In this document: positions 9,673 to 21,408 of the stretch, in pieces
How the letters are laid out: the number at the start of each line of letters is the position of its first letter
Numbering within the stretch: position 1 is the stretch's first letter
Assembly: GCA_965216465.1 (NCBI GenBank)
Contig: CBDCFW010000006.1
Coordinates: 96,001 to 160,000, forward strand
Length of the DNA stretch: 64,000 nucleotides
Direction of reading: 5' to 3'
Source of the DNA: Bacteroidia bacterium
Lineage (GTDB): Bacteria > Bacteroidota > Bacteroidia > NS11-12g > UBA9320
Translations under genes and position numbers: made by a program
The notes under the pieces: generated by a model
Told to the model about the DNA's origin: nothing
The model's database searches: none
The model's input: the letters and a program-made list of their open reading frames with translations, nothing else

Positions 9673-10488
9673 TTGAAAAATCTAATTGCTACACTCTTTC
9701 TTGGCCTTTCATTGGTGAGTTTAGGGCAATCTCCTGATCCTACTGTGAAGCAAAAAAAAGGAGATCTTTACTTTTATTGGGGATGGAACCGAGAGTGGTT
9801 TTCCAATTGCGATATTCACTTCACAGGAGAAACTTACGACTTCACACTTTACGACGTGAAGGCCAAAGACAAGCCCGCTGAATTTGACATGTCGACCTAT
9901 TTTAGCCCACAGTACGTTACCATACCTCAATACAATTTTCGTGTTGGCTATTTTATAAATGACAATTGGGACGTTTCTATCGCTATCGACCACATGAAGT
10001 ATGTGGTTAACCATCACCAAACTGTAAAAATAGACGGCTACATTGATGTACCCAACTCATCATTTAATGGAACCTACAATCAAGATGATGTAGTTCTATC
10101 TAAAGGGTTTTTGGAATTGGAGCATACAGATGGCTTAAATTGGGGAGGATTTGATATCAGAAGGTTCGACAATATTTGGCATCATGGTAATTTTAAGCTT
10201 GCCGTCACCGAAGGTGTGGGTGCAGCGGTTCTTTTCCCAAAAACTGATGCTAGCTTATTAAATTTTAGAAGGCATGACCGCTATCATGTATCCGGATATG
10301 GGTTTGATGGTGCAGTTGGAATTCAACTTGGCTATAAAAGCCTATTTATCCAATCAGAACTCAAAGGAGGATACATCAATATGCCCAACGTGCGAACTAC
10401 ACAATATTCAGCTGACAATGCCAGTCAAGATTTTTGGTTTTCACAATTCAACGTGGTGTTCGGAGGAATCATTAAAACTTCTAAGTAA
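9673..10488 (+). CDS. Conserved Bacteroidota outer-membrane beta-barrel protein
   Basis: TTG start, signal peptide, YFYWGWNR, TIPQYNFRVGYF, DHMKY and EHTDGLN motifs, amphipathic strands. Confidence 0.75.
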   Translation: MKNLIATLFLGLSLVSLGQSPDPTVKQKKGDLYFYWGWNREWFSNCDIHFTGETYDFTLYDVKAKDKPAEFDMSTYFSPQYVTIPQYNFRVGYFINDNWDVSIAIDHMKYVVNHHQTVKIDGYIDVPNSSFNGTYNQDDVVLSKGFLELEHTDGLNWGGFDIRRFDNIWHHGNFKLAVTEGVGAAVLFPKTDASLLNFRRHDRYHVSGYGFDGAVGIQLGYKSLFIQSELKGGYINMPNVRTTQYSADNASQDFWFSQFNVVFGGIIKTSK

Positions 10489-10489
10489 T

Positions 10490-10600
10490 AATAGAAGAAA
10501 AGGGAGCTTTCACTCCCTTTTCAAAACCAAAAACCAACAACATATGGTTGTATAAACGGTGATAATACACCTTTTATGTCCTTATTTATCGACTTCGAAG
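10490..10600 (-). ncRNA. Candidate sRNA 3 (GU-rich tract before terminator)
   Basis: ORF-less. Minus strand reads hairpin GGTG-tattat-CACC, then TGTTGTTGGTTTTTGGTTTT, then the terminator. Only a degenerate promoter is visible. Confidence 0.3.
10497..10522. terminator. Intrinsic terminator hairpin (bidirectional; longer U-tract on the minus strand)
   Basis: GAAAAGGGAG-ctttca-CTCCCTTTTC, a 10-bp perfect stem. Confidence 0.8.
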
Positions 10601-10754
10601 TTCGTACACAAAATGATAATAAAAGGTGATTTGAGTTACATTCAGTAATGAGTAAAATCATTGCAGTTGAAATATCAGCATTTCCTCATTTTTTGGCTTC
10701 CATTTATCGATGTTTTCAAATTCAATCTCTTTTCTGAATACCTTTGAACACAAC

Positions 10755-11657
10755 ATGAATATTCTTGAAATTCAGGAAGTTTCGAAGTTCTACAAGAACC
10801 ACGTAGCACTCAATCAAGTTTCGTTCGGAGTACCGAAAGGAAAGATCTTTGGCCTTCTCGGTCCAAATGGAGCAGGTAAAACATCATTGATTAGAATTAT
10901 AAATCAAATTACGGCTCCAGATGAAGGAGGCATCCTATTTAATGGTGAGCGTCTTAGTAAAGAGCATATTAAAAACATTGGGTACCTCCCTGAAGAAAGA
11001 GGGCTTTACAAGAAAATGCCTGTTTTTGATCAGTTGGTCTACTTTGCCAAGTTGAGAGGGCTAAATGTTAAACAAGCTAAAGAAACTATTAACCACTGGT
11101 TAGATAAGTTTGAAGCCTCAACCTGGAAAAAGAAAAAGATTGAAGAACTAAGCAAGGGTATGCAGCAAAAAATACAGTTCATTGTAACCGTTCTGCATCA
11201 TCCTGACTTTATAATTTTAGATGAACCCTTCACAGGATTTGACCCTAAGAACACCCAATTAATTAAAGATGAGATTCTTAATCTAAAGGAGCAAGGAGCA
11301 ACAATTATGCTTTCAACACATCGGATGGAGAATGTCGAAGAAATTTGCGATGAAGTAGTATTAATTAACAAAGCCCAAGTAGTTGCATCGGGCTCAGTTG
11401 ATGCTATCAGAAATAGCCTTAAAGACAATACATTTTACCTCCGCTTTATAGGGCAAATTCAAACGAATCTTGAAGGGGTTCAAATTAAATCTCAAAACAC
11501 GATTGGCGAAGAAACTGAACTCACATTTTCATACTTAAATGAAAACACAGGAATTAAACCATTTAATAATTCTAGAATTAACATCAGAGAATACAGAGAA
11601 GTAATTCCAAGCATGCAGGATGTATTTTTAACTTTAACGGAAGGGGAACATGAATAA
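10755..11657 (+). CDS. ABC transporter ATP-binding protein (NatA/YhaQ-like)
   Basis: Walker A GPNGAGKT, LSKGMQQK, Walker B ILDEP. Start set at ATG 10755, after TACCTTTG (10739-10746). Confidence 0.95.
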   Translation: MNILEIQEVSKFYKNHVALNQVSFGVPKGKIFGLLGPNGAGKTSLIRIINQITAPDEGGILFNGERLSKEHIKNIGYLPEERGLYKKMPVFDQLVYFAKLRGLNVKQAKETINHWLDKFEASTWKKKKIEELSKGMQQKIQFIVTVLHHPDFIILDEPFTGFDPKNTQLIKDEILNLKEQGATIMLSTHRMENVEEICDEVVLINKAQVVASGSVDAIRNSLKDNTFYLRFIGQIQTNLEGVQIKSQNTIGEETELTFSYLNENTGIKPFNNSRINIREYREVIPSMQDVFLTLTEGEHE

Positions 11658-12957
11658 TATACTGACCATAACTTCAAGAGAATATCTATCTCGCGTTAAA
11701 AAAAGAAGTTTCATTATAATGACCTTCTTGGCACCCTTGCTAATAGCTTCTTTTTACGGAGCCATTATATGGATGGGAGTAAACGACAACGTAGGAAGTG
11801 AAGAGAAAAACATTGTGGTTGTTGACCCAAATCACTTGTTTAGAGACATAGAAAATCATGCCAAAATCAAGTTTCACTTTGAAGACCACTTCGATATAGA
11901 ACAGTTGATAGAATCATCTTCTTATGATGGTATGCTTGAAGTCGGCGGTGATTTTACATACGACCAAGAATTAAGTCTAAAGTACCAAAGCTTAAAAAGC
12001 CTTAGTGTTACTGAAAATGAACGCATTAAAAACAGCTTTAGCACTAAAATTAAGGAGTACAAGCTCAAAAAATTAGGCATTACAGAAGAAACTATTCAAA
12101 GCCTTCAAACTAAGGTAAGCATCGATGAATTTAAAGTAGATGAAGAAGGTAACAGCAAGAGTGCTAACATTGGAATAAACACCGCTCTTGGAATGGTTCT
12201 AGCTATTATGATTTACTTCTTTATTTTTCTTTACGGAGTTCAGGTAATGCGGGGGGTTATAGAAGAAAAAACAAATCGTATTGTAGAATTAATAGTAAGC
12301 ACTGTAAAACCGTTTCAGCTCATGATGGGTAAAGTTATAGGAATAGCCGCTGTGGGTCTAACTCAAATTGCTATTTGGATTGTACTTACATCAATCTTAA
12401 TGAGTGTAATTAGTGTGGTGTTTGGATTAAACATGTCGGAAATGAGCGAGATCCAACAAATGGGACCAACTCCCAATATGGATAACCTCGACAGCAATGT
12501 TGCTCAAGCGTTAACCGCATTCTTTAACTTGCCATTGCTTAAAATATTTGGAAGCTTCTTATTCTACTTTATAGGAGGATATTTACTTTATGGAGCACTG
12601 TTTGCCGCCATTGGATCAGCAGTTGACAGTGAAACAGACACGCAACAGTTTATGATGCCAGTGACTTTACCTTTAGTTTTCTCATTTGTTGTATCATTCT
12701 CTGTAGTGATTAACGATCCAAATGGCTCCTTGGCTACCTGGCTCTCAATGATTCCTATTTCATCTCCTGTCGTTATGATGGTGAGAATGCCCTTTGGTCC
12801 ACCAACGTGGCAACTTGTCGCATCAATGGCTATTTTGGTTCTGACCATTATTGGGGTGATTTGGTTGGCCGGACGAATTTACCGAACCGGCATTCTGATG
12901 TACGGAAAGAAACCTAGCTACAAAGAGCTTGCAAAATGGCTTTTCTATAAAAATTAA
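11650..12957 (+). CDS. ABC-2 type permease (NatB/YhaP-like)
   Basis: REYLSRVKK, EEKTNRIVE, GYLLYGALFAAIGS, multiple TM helices; overlaps the ATPase gene. Confidence 0.93.
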   Translation: MNNILTITSREYLSRVKKRSFIIMTFLAPLLIASFYGAIIWMGVNDNVGSEEKNIVVVDPNHLFRDIENHAKIKFHFEDHFDIEQLIESSSYDGMLEVGGDFTYDQELSLKYQSLKSLSVTENERIKNSFSTKIKEYKLKKLGITEETIQSLQTKVSIDEFKVDEEGNSKSANIGINTALGMVLAIMIYFFIFLYGVQVMRGVIEEKTNRIVELIVSTVKPFQLMMGKVIGIAAVGLTQIAIWIVLTSILMSVISVVFGLNMSEMSEIQQMGPTPNMDNLDSNVAQALTAFFNLPLLKIFGSFLFYFIGGYLLYGALFAAIGSAVDSETDTQQFMMPVTLPLVFSFVVSFSVVINDPNGSLATWLSMIPISSPVVMMVRMPFGPPTWQLVASMAILVLTIIGVIWLAGRIYRTGILMYGKKPSYKELAKWLFYKN

Positions 12958-12974
12958 TGTACCTTAGCAAGGTA

Positions 12975-14159
12975 ATGAGAATATTCTTAGTTTGCCTTCT
13001 ATTTGCATCACTAAGCAGTGTTGCACAAATCAGTTTTCCCTTTGTAGTTCAGCATGACGATGATGTAAGCTGCCTATCTTTTAGTCCCGATAACTCCTTT
13101 ATAGTTTCTGGAGGATGGGATAGTAAACTGATAGTTTATTCTAACGACAGCACATACAACATCCACCAAGAATTAAAAGACTTTTCAGGAGCTGTTAATG
13201 ACATCACATTTAGCAGAGATGGGTACAAAATGATTGCTGGTGGCCAAGAAGGGAAATTGGCAATTTATGGCTTCAATGACCTTTCCTCTTGGGACATTAT
13301 AGGTTTAGATACATTCTTAGAGATTAACAATTCTCAAATTAACAAATTGATCTACGGCCCTGGAATGCGAACAATTTTTAGCGCCGGAGATAATGGAAAC
13401 TTTATGACCTACGATCTTACCAAAAGAAAGGTCTTGAAAATTGAAACCAAGAGACCAATCTCAGCAGCTGCGGTTTCGGTTGATAGAAGAAGCTACTTTA
13501 TTGCGAACGAAGGAAACCCAGTAATCACACGATACGATGTGTTTGGCAAAAGTATGCAGACATTTGAAGGGCATTTGAACGATGTTACAGATATTCTGGT
13601 AACCCCAAATCGCAAGTACATGATCTCATCGTCGAAAGACAGAACCATAAAAATTTGGAATATGGCAAATGGCAAACTGGAGAGAACTATTTTAGAACAT
13701 ACGTGGGCGGTTACCGATATCGATATGGACCCTTATGGCAAAGTATTGGTAAGCTGTGGCCTAGATGGAACTGTTGGCTTGTATGACATCGAAACGGGTG
13801 AGAAACTAATGCAAGAATCGTTACCCAGACACAAATGTGTTGCGATTGCCCTCTCCCCTAATCTTACCAAGATTGCTGTTGCAACTCGACACGACGATTC
13901 CGAGGTACATGCAGGTTTTTATATCATTACAACTCCTCTGAAAGAAAGAAAAGTACGACTACCCAAGCGATACTTTACAGATAAGGACGAAGAAGAGCTA
14001 TACAACTCTATTTACTTGGAAGATGTAGAAGATATTGAGGTGATTAAAAAGGATCCCAAAACGACAAAACCAAAAGAAGCTCCAAAGCCCGAAAAGAAGG
14101 TGAAGACTGAAAAGGTCATCAAAAAAACCGACCAAGTTGAAATCAAATTAGAAGATTAG
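12975..14159 (+). CDS. Exported WD40-repeat beta-propeller protein
   Basis: Signal peptide from MRIFLVC; repeats HDDDVSCLSFSPD..VSGGWD and GHLNDVTDI..SSSKDRTIKIWN; Lys/Glu-rich tail. Alternative start 12957. Confidence 0.88.
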   Translation: MRIFLVCLLFASLSSVAQISFPFVVQHDDDVSCLSFSPDNSFIVSGGWDSKLIVYSNDSTYNIHQELKDFSGAVNDITFSRDGYKMIAGGQEGKLAIYGFNDLSSWDIIGLDTFLEINNSQINKLIYGPGMRTIFSAGDNGNFMTYDLTKRKVLKIETKRPISAAAVSVDRRSYFIANEGNPVITRYDVFGKSMQTFEGHLNDVTDILVTPNRKYMISSSKDRTIKIWNMANGKLERTILEHTWAVTDIDMDPYGKVLVSCGLDGTVGLYDIETGEKLMQESLPRHKCVAIALSPNLTKIAVATRHDDSEVHAGFYIITTPLKERKVRLPKRYFTDKDEEELYNSIYLEDVEDIEVIKKDPKTTKPKEAPKPEKKVKTEKVIKKTDQVEIKLED

Positions 14160-14174
14160 ATTTGCACGATTCTT

Positions 14175-14591
14175 ATGACCAAAGAAATTTTAAACAGTAG
14201 CAAAGCTCCTGAACCAGTTGGAGCATACCCTCATGCAAGAAAAGTCGGCAACCTATTATTTCTGAGCGGCGTTGGTCCTAGAGCCAAAGGCACTAAAAAG
14301 ATTCCAGGTGTTGAACTTGATGACGATGGAAACATCGTTAGCTATGATATTGAAGCTCAATGTCATTCTGTTTTTAACAACATCAGATACATTCTTGAAG
14401 ATGCCGGAAGCAGCTGGGATAACATTGTCGATGTTACCGTTTTCTTAACGAATATGAAAGACGACTTTAAAACCTACAATCGTCTTTATGCTGAGTATTT
14501 CAAGGATAACCAGCCTTGTAGAACAACAATGGAAATTAATTGTCTTCCAACTCCAATTGCAATTGAGTTGAAAGTGATCGCAACCATTTAA
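14175..14591 (+). CDS. RidA/YjgF family protein (2-aminomuconate deaminase-like)
   Basis: APEPVGAYPHA, LFLSGVGPR, PCRTT, IELKVIA. Confidence 0.9.
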   Translation: MTKEILNSSKAPEPVGAYPHARKVGNLLFLSGVGPRAKGTKKIPGVELDDDGNIVSYDIEAQCHSVFNNIRYILEDAGSSWDNIVDVTVFLTNMKDDFKTYNRLYAEYFKDNQPCRTTMEINCLPTPIAIELKVIATI

Positions 14592-15457
14592 ATCATTGCA
14601 TCATCTATTGCCTTCATGGTTGCCTTATTAACAGGAACCACTGGAAGCCTAAAGTAGTTACTGCAAATCCCAAGCTTTTCTAGAGCGTATTTCACTCCAC
14701 CTGGATTTCCATCCATAAAGATTGCCTTCATCATAGGAAGCAGCTTGTAATGGAGATGTCTTGCACTTTTAAAATCACCATCTAGGGCGTAATTTACCAT
14801 TTGTGAAAATTCTTTTGGAAATGCATTTCCTATAACAGAAATCACGCCAGTCATTCCAGCTGCGATATATGGCAAGGTATAGTTATCGTCTCCACTCACA
14901 ACGGTAAAACCTTCTGGCTTATCTCTTAACACATCCATACAAACTTCAAAGCTTCCACTTGCTTCTTTGGTTGTTACAATATTTGGTAGCTCTGCAATTC
15001 TCAACGTTGTTTCAGCACTTACCAAAGAACCTGTTCTACCTGGAACGTTATACATAATTACCGGAAGAGGAGTGTTATCTGAAATTGCTTTATAATGCTG
15101 ATAGATTCCTTCTTGGCTAGGTTTATTGTAGTATGGACTTACACTTAAAATGCCATCTACACCAGAAAGATCTGTTGTCTTCAAACGATTAACTACTTCT
15201 TCAGTGTTGTTGCCTCCAATGCCAAATACTATAGGTCGTCTCTTGGCATTTACCGACTTAACACGCTCCAAAATCTGTGCTTGTTCTTCGGCATTAATAG
15301 TTGGGTTTTCACCTGTTGTACCCATTACAACCAAGTAATTTACCCCACCCTCAATTAAGTGGTTGGTTAATCGGTCTAAACCTTCAAAATCAATACTTCC
15401 GTTCTTGTTAAAAGGAGTTACCATAGCTACTCCTAATCCTCTAAACTTATCTATCAT
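14588..15457 (-). CDS. dapA: 4-hydroxy-tetrahydrodipicolinate synthase
   Basis: GTTGE, PYYNKPSQEG, YNVPGRTG, KEASG, SGDD. Confidence 0.97.
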   Translation of the reverse strand: MIDKFRGLGVAMVTPFNKNGSIDFEGLDRLTNHLIEGGVNYLVVMGTTGENPTINAEEQAQILERVKSVNAKRRPIVFGIGGNNTEEVVNRLKTTDLSGVDGILSVSPYYNKPSQEGIYQHYKAISDNTPLPVIMYNVPGRTGSLVSAETTLRIAELPNIVTTKEASGSFEVCMDVLRDKPEGFTVVSGDDNYTLPYIAAGMTGVISVIGNAFPKEFSQMVNYALDGDFKSARHLHYKLLPMMKAIFMDGNPGGVKYALEKLGICSNYFRLPVVPVNKATMKAIDDAMI

Positions 15458-15966
15458 TTAATGTGTTTTTTAATTTCTTCAAATAATACTTCTGCATTGT
15501 CTGCATCTGATTTGATCATAAAATCATGAGCAAATGCAAATTCTTGCATGTGTTTTCCTATGCGCACTTTGGCTACAGACTGAGCAGAAATAGCTTGCAA
15601 TTGAATTTTGCCTGCTGTATCCAAATTGATTAGGTAGTCAAAATCTGTCTTAATAAATCTTCCAATTTTTTCCTCTTTAGGAAGGCCCCAATAATTTAGA
15701 TCAGCAAGACAGAAATATTCTTCTTTGTAATTTGGAAGATACAATCTAATCTCTTTTTGATCTACATACCCAATTGATGTAACCTGCTTGCCTAACGACT
15801 CAAAATAATGAACAATCTTGGTCATGTACTTGGAACTTACATCATCTGTATCGTAAACTACACCAATGGTTCTTACATCAGAAAAAGATTTAAATTCTTT
15901 GTTAGCCGCCGCAGGTTTGTGACGGGTGGTCATAAATCTAGCTATCTTTTCTTTTAGGTTAGACAA
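15454..15966 (-). CDS. Conserved Bacteroidota hypothetical protein (DUF6913-like)
   Basis: LNYWGLP and FDYLINLD motifs; between ligA and dapA; TACCTTTG 7 nt upstream. Confidence 0.7.
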   Translation of the reverse strand: MSNLKEKIARFMTTRHKPAAANKEFKSFSDVRTIGVVYDTDDVSSKYMTKIVHYFESLGKQVTSIGYVDQKEIRLYLPNYKEEYFCLADLNYWGLPKEEKIGRFIKTDFDYLINLDTAGKIQLQAISAQSVAKVRIGKHMQEFAFAHDFMIKSDADNAEVLFEEIKKHIK

Positions 15967-15993
15967 AGGATTGCAAAGGTAAGCTTTTACGCC

Positions 15994-18051
<2,058 letters not shown>

Positions 18052-18137
18052 TTATGCCGCAAACAAGAAAATTATTCGCACATGACTAAATTAATCGGTT
18101 GATAAACTAATCAATTCCCATTGTACTTTTGTTCGAG

Positions 18138-19793
18138 ATGAAGTCATTTTTTGTAGTCTTTTTTACGGCTTTAAGCATTCAACTGGTAGCACAAAGCCCA
18201 TTAACTTCAAACGGATTCAACTATCACCTCACAGACAGATATGAAATTCAAAGTGGAGTTCTAGCTACAGTTGTTTACACAGGAATAAAGCCTTTTAGAA
18301 GAGACAGCTTGCCTTACTTTCATTATAATATGATTGCAAACTCAGTTTCTGATTCTTTTAATTTTGACTATCTCGATTTCGATAATTTTCTTTTTAACGA
18401 GAAGAAAGAATCAAACTTAAAATTACCATTAATCAAATCATTTTATAAATACAGAACGGCACTTTACTCACACCGATCAAATGATTTCGGGTTAATAGTA
18501 AATCCCGTGCTGGGTTTCAGTGGAGGAACAGGCTCTGATAGCCTTTCTACCTACCGAAACAGTCGAGGGTTTGAAGTTCGCGGACACATCGGAAAAAAAG
18601 TAGGCTTTTACACTTATGCACTTGAAAATCAGATACGTTATCCAGAATACTTAATAAACCAACAAGCTCAAACTGAAATTGTTACAGGAGCTACACTTGC
18701 AAAACCTTTTGGAACTCAATCGCGCGACTTTTTTAATGTTCGTGGCTACGTAACCTTCTCTCCGATTGAGCAAATCATGGTTCAATTTGGCCAAGATAAA
18801 AACTTCATTGGCAACGGATATCGATCGCTAATTTTAAGTGACATTGCTGCACCTCATCCTTTCTTAAAGATCAACACCAAGGTTTGGAAAATAAACTACA
18901 TGAATCTCTATTCTCAACATACTGACTTTAGAGGTTACCAAGAAAAAGCTCCAACACTAAGAAAGTATGGTGCACTGCATCATCTAAGTGTTAACCTTGG
19001 AAAAAACTTCACACTCGGCTTATTTGAGAATGTAATTTTTGACCGGCAAGACAGCCTAGAGTCGGGCAACTATGAATTTCACTACCTCAACCCATTGATA
19101 TTTTACCGAGCAGTTGAACACGGATTGAATAGTAGCGACAATGTTGTACTTGGTGCAGATTGGAAATGGAATTTTATGCGGCGATTTTCTTTTTACGGTC
19201 AAATCGTATTTGATGAATTCATAAAAGATGAGTTTATATCCGCATCGAGCTCTTGGGTGAACAAGTGGGGATACCAAGCCGGACTCAAATACATTAATGT
19301 GGCAGGTATAAACAATCTCGATGCTCAGGTTGAAATAAACCAGCTTCGCCCACATGTATATCAGCATGAATTTAAATCACAAAATTGGATTCACTACAAC
19401 CAAAGTTTAGGGCATCCATTAGGAGCTAACTTCAGAGAATTTGTAGGTATAGTTCGCTATCAACCCATTCCACGTCTCAACTTAACAGCCATCTACACCT
19501 TCTCAAAACAAGGAATTGATTCGAGTATAACAACTACAAATTTTGGAGGCAACGTGACTCGAGGAACGGTTGACTTACAAAACAAACGAGACGTTCATCT
19601 TTTCCAAGGAATTGAAAACTCTGTTGGAATGTTCTCTTTCGATGCTTCCTATATGCTCGGTCACAATCTATTCTTAGATGCAGGAATCTTTCTACGTAAT
19701 CAAAACAACAGCATGGTTGGAGACCTAAGCACCACAATTTATCGTGTAGGCTTACGTCTTAATGCTGCAGCCTTAGATTTAAGACAACCTTAA
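18138..19793 (+). CDS. Outer-membrane beta-barrel, Wzi/RemB-like
   Basis: Signal peptide; FGQDKNFIGNGYRSLILSD, YLNPLIFYRAVE, HPLGANFRE. Start ATG 18138 after TACTTTTG. Confidence 0.75.
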   Translation: MKSFFVVFFTALSIQLVAQSPLTSNGFNYHLTDRYEIQSGVLATVVYTGIKPFRRDSLPYFHYNMIANSVSDSFNFDYLDFDNFLFNEKKESNLKLPLIKSFYKYRTALYSHRSNDFGLIVNPVLGFSGGTGSDSLSTYRNSRGFEVRGHIGKKVGFYTYALENQIRYPEYLINQQAQTEIVTGATLAKPFGTQSRDFFNVRGYVTFSPIEQIMVQFGQDKNFIGNGYRSLILSDIAAPHPFLKINTKVWKINYMNLYSQHTDFRGYQEKAPTLRKYGALHHLSVNLGKNFTLGLFENVIFDRQDSLESGNYEFHYLNPLIFYRAVEHGLNSSDNVVLGADWKWNFMRRFSFYGQIVFDEFIKDEFISASSSWVNKWGYQAGLKYINVAGINNLDAQVEINQLRPHVYQHEFKSQNWIHYNQSLGHPLGANFREFVGIVRYQPIPRLNLTAIYTFSKQGIDSSITTTNFGGNVTRGTVDLQNKRDVHLFQGIENSVGMFSFDASYMLGHNLFLDAGIFLRNQNNSMVGDLSTTIYRVGLRLNAAALDLRQP

Positions 19794-21049
19794 GTCTTTT
19801 GCTTTTTCTTCTTAACTGAAGGAAACAGAATATTGTTCAAAATCAGTCTATACCCAGGAGAGTTAGGATGTAGGTTAAGATCGGTTGGTGGCTCCCCTAC
19901 CATATGTCGGTAATCTTCAGGATCATGTCCACCGTAAAAAGTAAATTGGCCTTTGCCCATGGTTCCATGAATGTAACGAGCTTCGTTTAGGCTTTTATTC
20001 TCACCCATGATTATAACCGAACTCTTAACATGCTCTTTCTTAAAAGCTGTTGTCTGACCCATAAATGCCTTGATTACGCGAACATGATTTTGGGTTAATA
20101 TAGTTGGAATTATGTCCCATTTTGCCGAAAACTCATTTAATGCAAAAAGGTCATTCTCTTCACGAATTCTCCTTGCTCGAGGGTCAACATCAATACTTGA
20201 CACCTCGTAAGCCATTGGGTTCATTTCAATACTAAAATCCTCAAAAGCAAACGTGTTGTCATAGTTTAACTTTGATTGTGCCCCTGACTCAATTGGATCT
20301 CCATCGAACATGTGCTCACAGATATCAACTCCATCAGCGGCTAATGCAATATCGTAGCTATCCGTAGCAGAACACATAGCAAACAAGAAACCTCCTCCGA
20401 GAGTAAAATCTCTAATTTTCTTCGTTACCGCAAGCTTTAATTCAGAAACAGTTTCGTACCCATGACGCTCAGCCATTTCTTCCGCTTCACGAACCTGTTC
20501 TTTATACCAACTTGAATGGCGATAACCAGCCCAAAATTTACCGTATTGACCTGTAAAATCTTCATGGTGCAAATGCAACCAATCGTAGGTCGGAAGCTTG
20601 CCCGTTAAAACCTCGTCGTCAAAGATTACGTCATAAGGAATTTGTGCATAGGTTAAGACCATTGTAACCGCATCGTCCCAAGGTTGTGCTGTTTTAGGCG
20701 AATACACAGCAATTTTTGGAGCCTTTAACAGTTTAACAACTTCTGCATTAACAGCAGGACTAGCAATCTCATTTTTGATTGATTCTGCCTTCGCTTCTGA
20801 AATACTAACAAAACTGATTCCTCTTAGCAGACATTCCTTTTCAATGGCCTCATAATGATCCATTAAAAAGCTCCCGCCTTCATAATTAAGTAGCCATTCC
20901 ACCTCTTGATCCTGCTCTAACACCCAAAATGCTAAACCGTAGGCTTTTAGATGGTTTTTTTGAGACTCATTCATCGTAATCAAAAGTTTATCTGCAAAAC
21001 CTGATAGCGATAATAGCGTAAAGCCAAGTATGTAAATTATTCTTTTCAC
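19790..21049 (-). CDS. Conserved exported Bacteroidota protein (often mislabelled asparagine synthetase B), GATase-like fold
   Basis: Signal peptide; QKNHLKAYG, DWLHLHHEDFTGQYGKF, FAMCSATD, GGHDPEDY. Confidence 0.8.
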   Translation of the reverse strand: MKRIIYILGFTLLSLSGFADKLLITMNESQKNHLKAYGLAFWVLEQDQEVEWLLNYEGGSFLMDHYEAIEKECLLRGISFVSISEAKAESIKNEIASPAVNAEVVKLLKAPKIAVYSPKTAQPWDDAVTMVLTYAQIPYDVIFDDEVLTGKLPTYDWLHLHHEDFTGQYGKFWAGYRHSSWYKEQVREAEEMAERHGYETVSELKLAVTKKIRDFTLGGGFLFAMCSATDSYDIALAADGVDICEHMFDGDPIESGAQSKLNYDNTFAFEDFSIEMNPMAYEVSSIDVDPRARRIREENDLFALNEFSAKWDIIPTILTQNHVRVIKAFMGQTTAFKKEHVKSSVIIMGENKSLNEARYIHGTMGKGQFTFYGGHDPEDYRHMVGEPPTDLNLHPNSPGYRLILNNILFPSVKKKKQKT

Positions 21050-21408
21050 TTAATGAGTGTATGTGTAATTTTATGTCCTAGTATAACGAATAACAATCCT
21101 AAAACATTGCTTGCAAGAATGTAACTCAAAAGCATCTTATAGTCAGAAGCTTTAAGCAATTTAAACATATCGAGTCCAAAGCTTGAGAAGGTCGTAAATC
21201 CACCTAAAAATCCAACTGTTAGTAACAAGTGCCACTTTGATGCTTGCTCAAACAAAAACACGCTTAGTATTCCGATGAGTAAACACCCAATCATATTAAC
21301 CGTAAATGTACCAAACGGAAAAGAAGATGACGACTGCAAATAGCTGGCGATTAACCAACGAAGTCCAGCACCTATCCCACCTCCAACGATTACATAGATT
21401 AAATTCAT
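21046..21408 (-). CDS. crcB: Fluoride channel Fluc/CrcB
   Basis: GGGIGAGLR, PFGTFTVN, GFLGGFTTFSSF. Confidence 0.96.
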   Translation of the reverse strand: MNLIYVIVGGGIGAGLRWLIASYLQSSSSFPFGTFTVNMIGCLLIGILSVFLFEQASKWHLLLTVGFLGGFTTFSSFGLDMFKLLKASDYKMLLSYILASNVLGLLFVILGHKITHTLIK

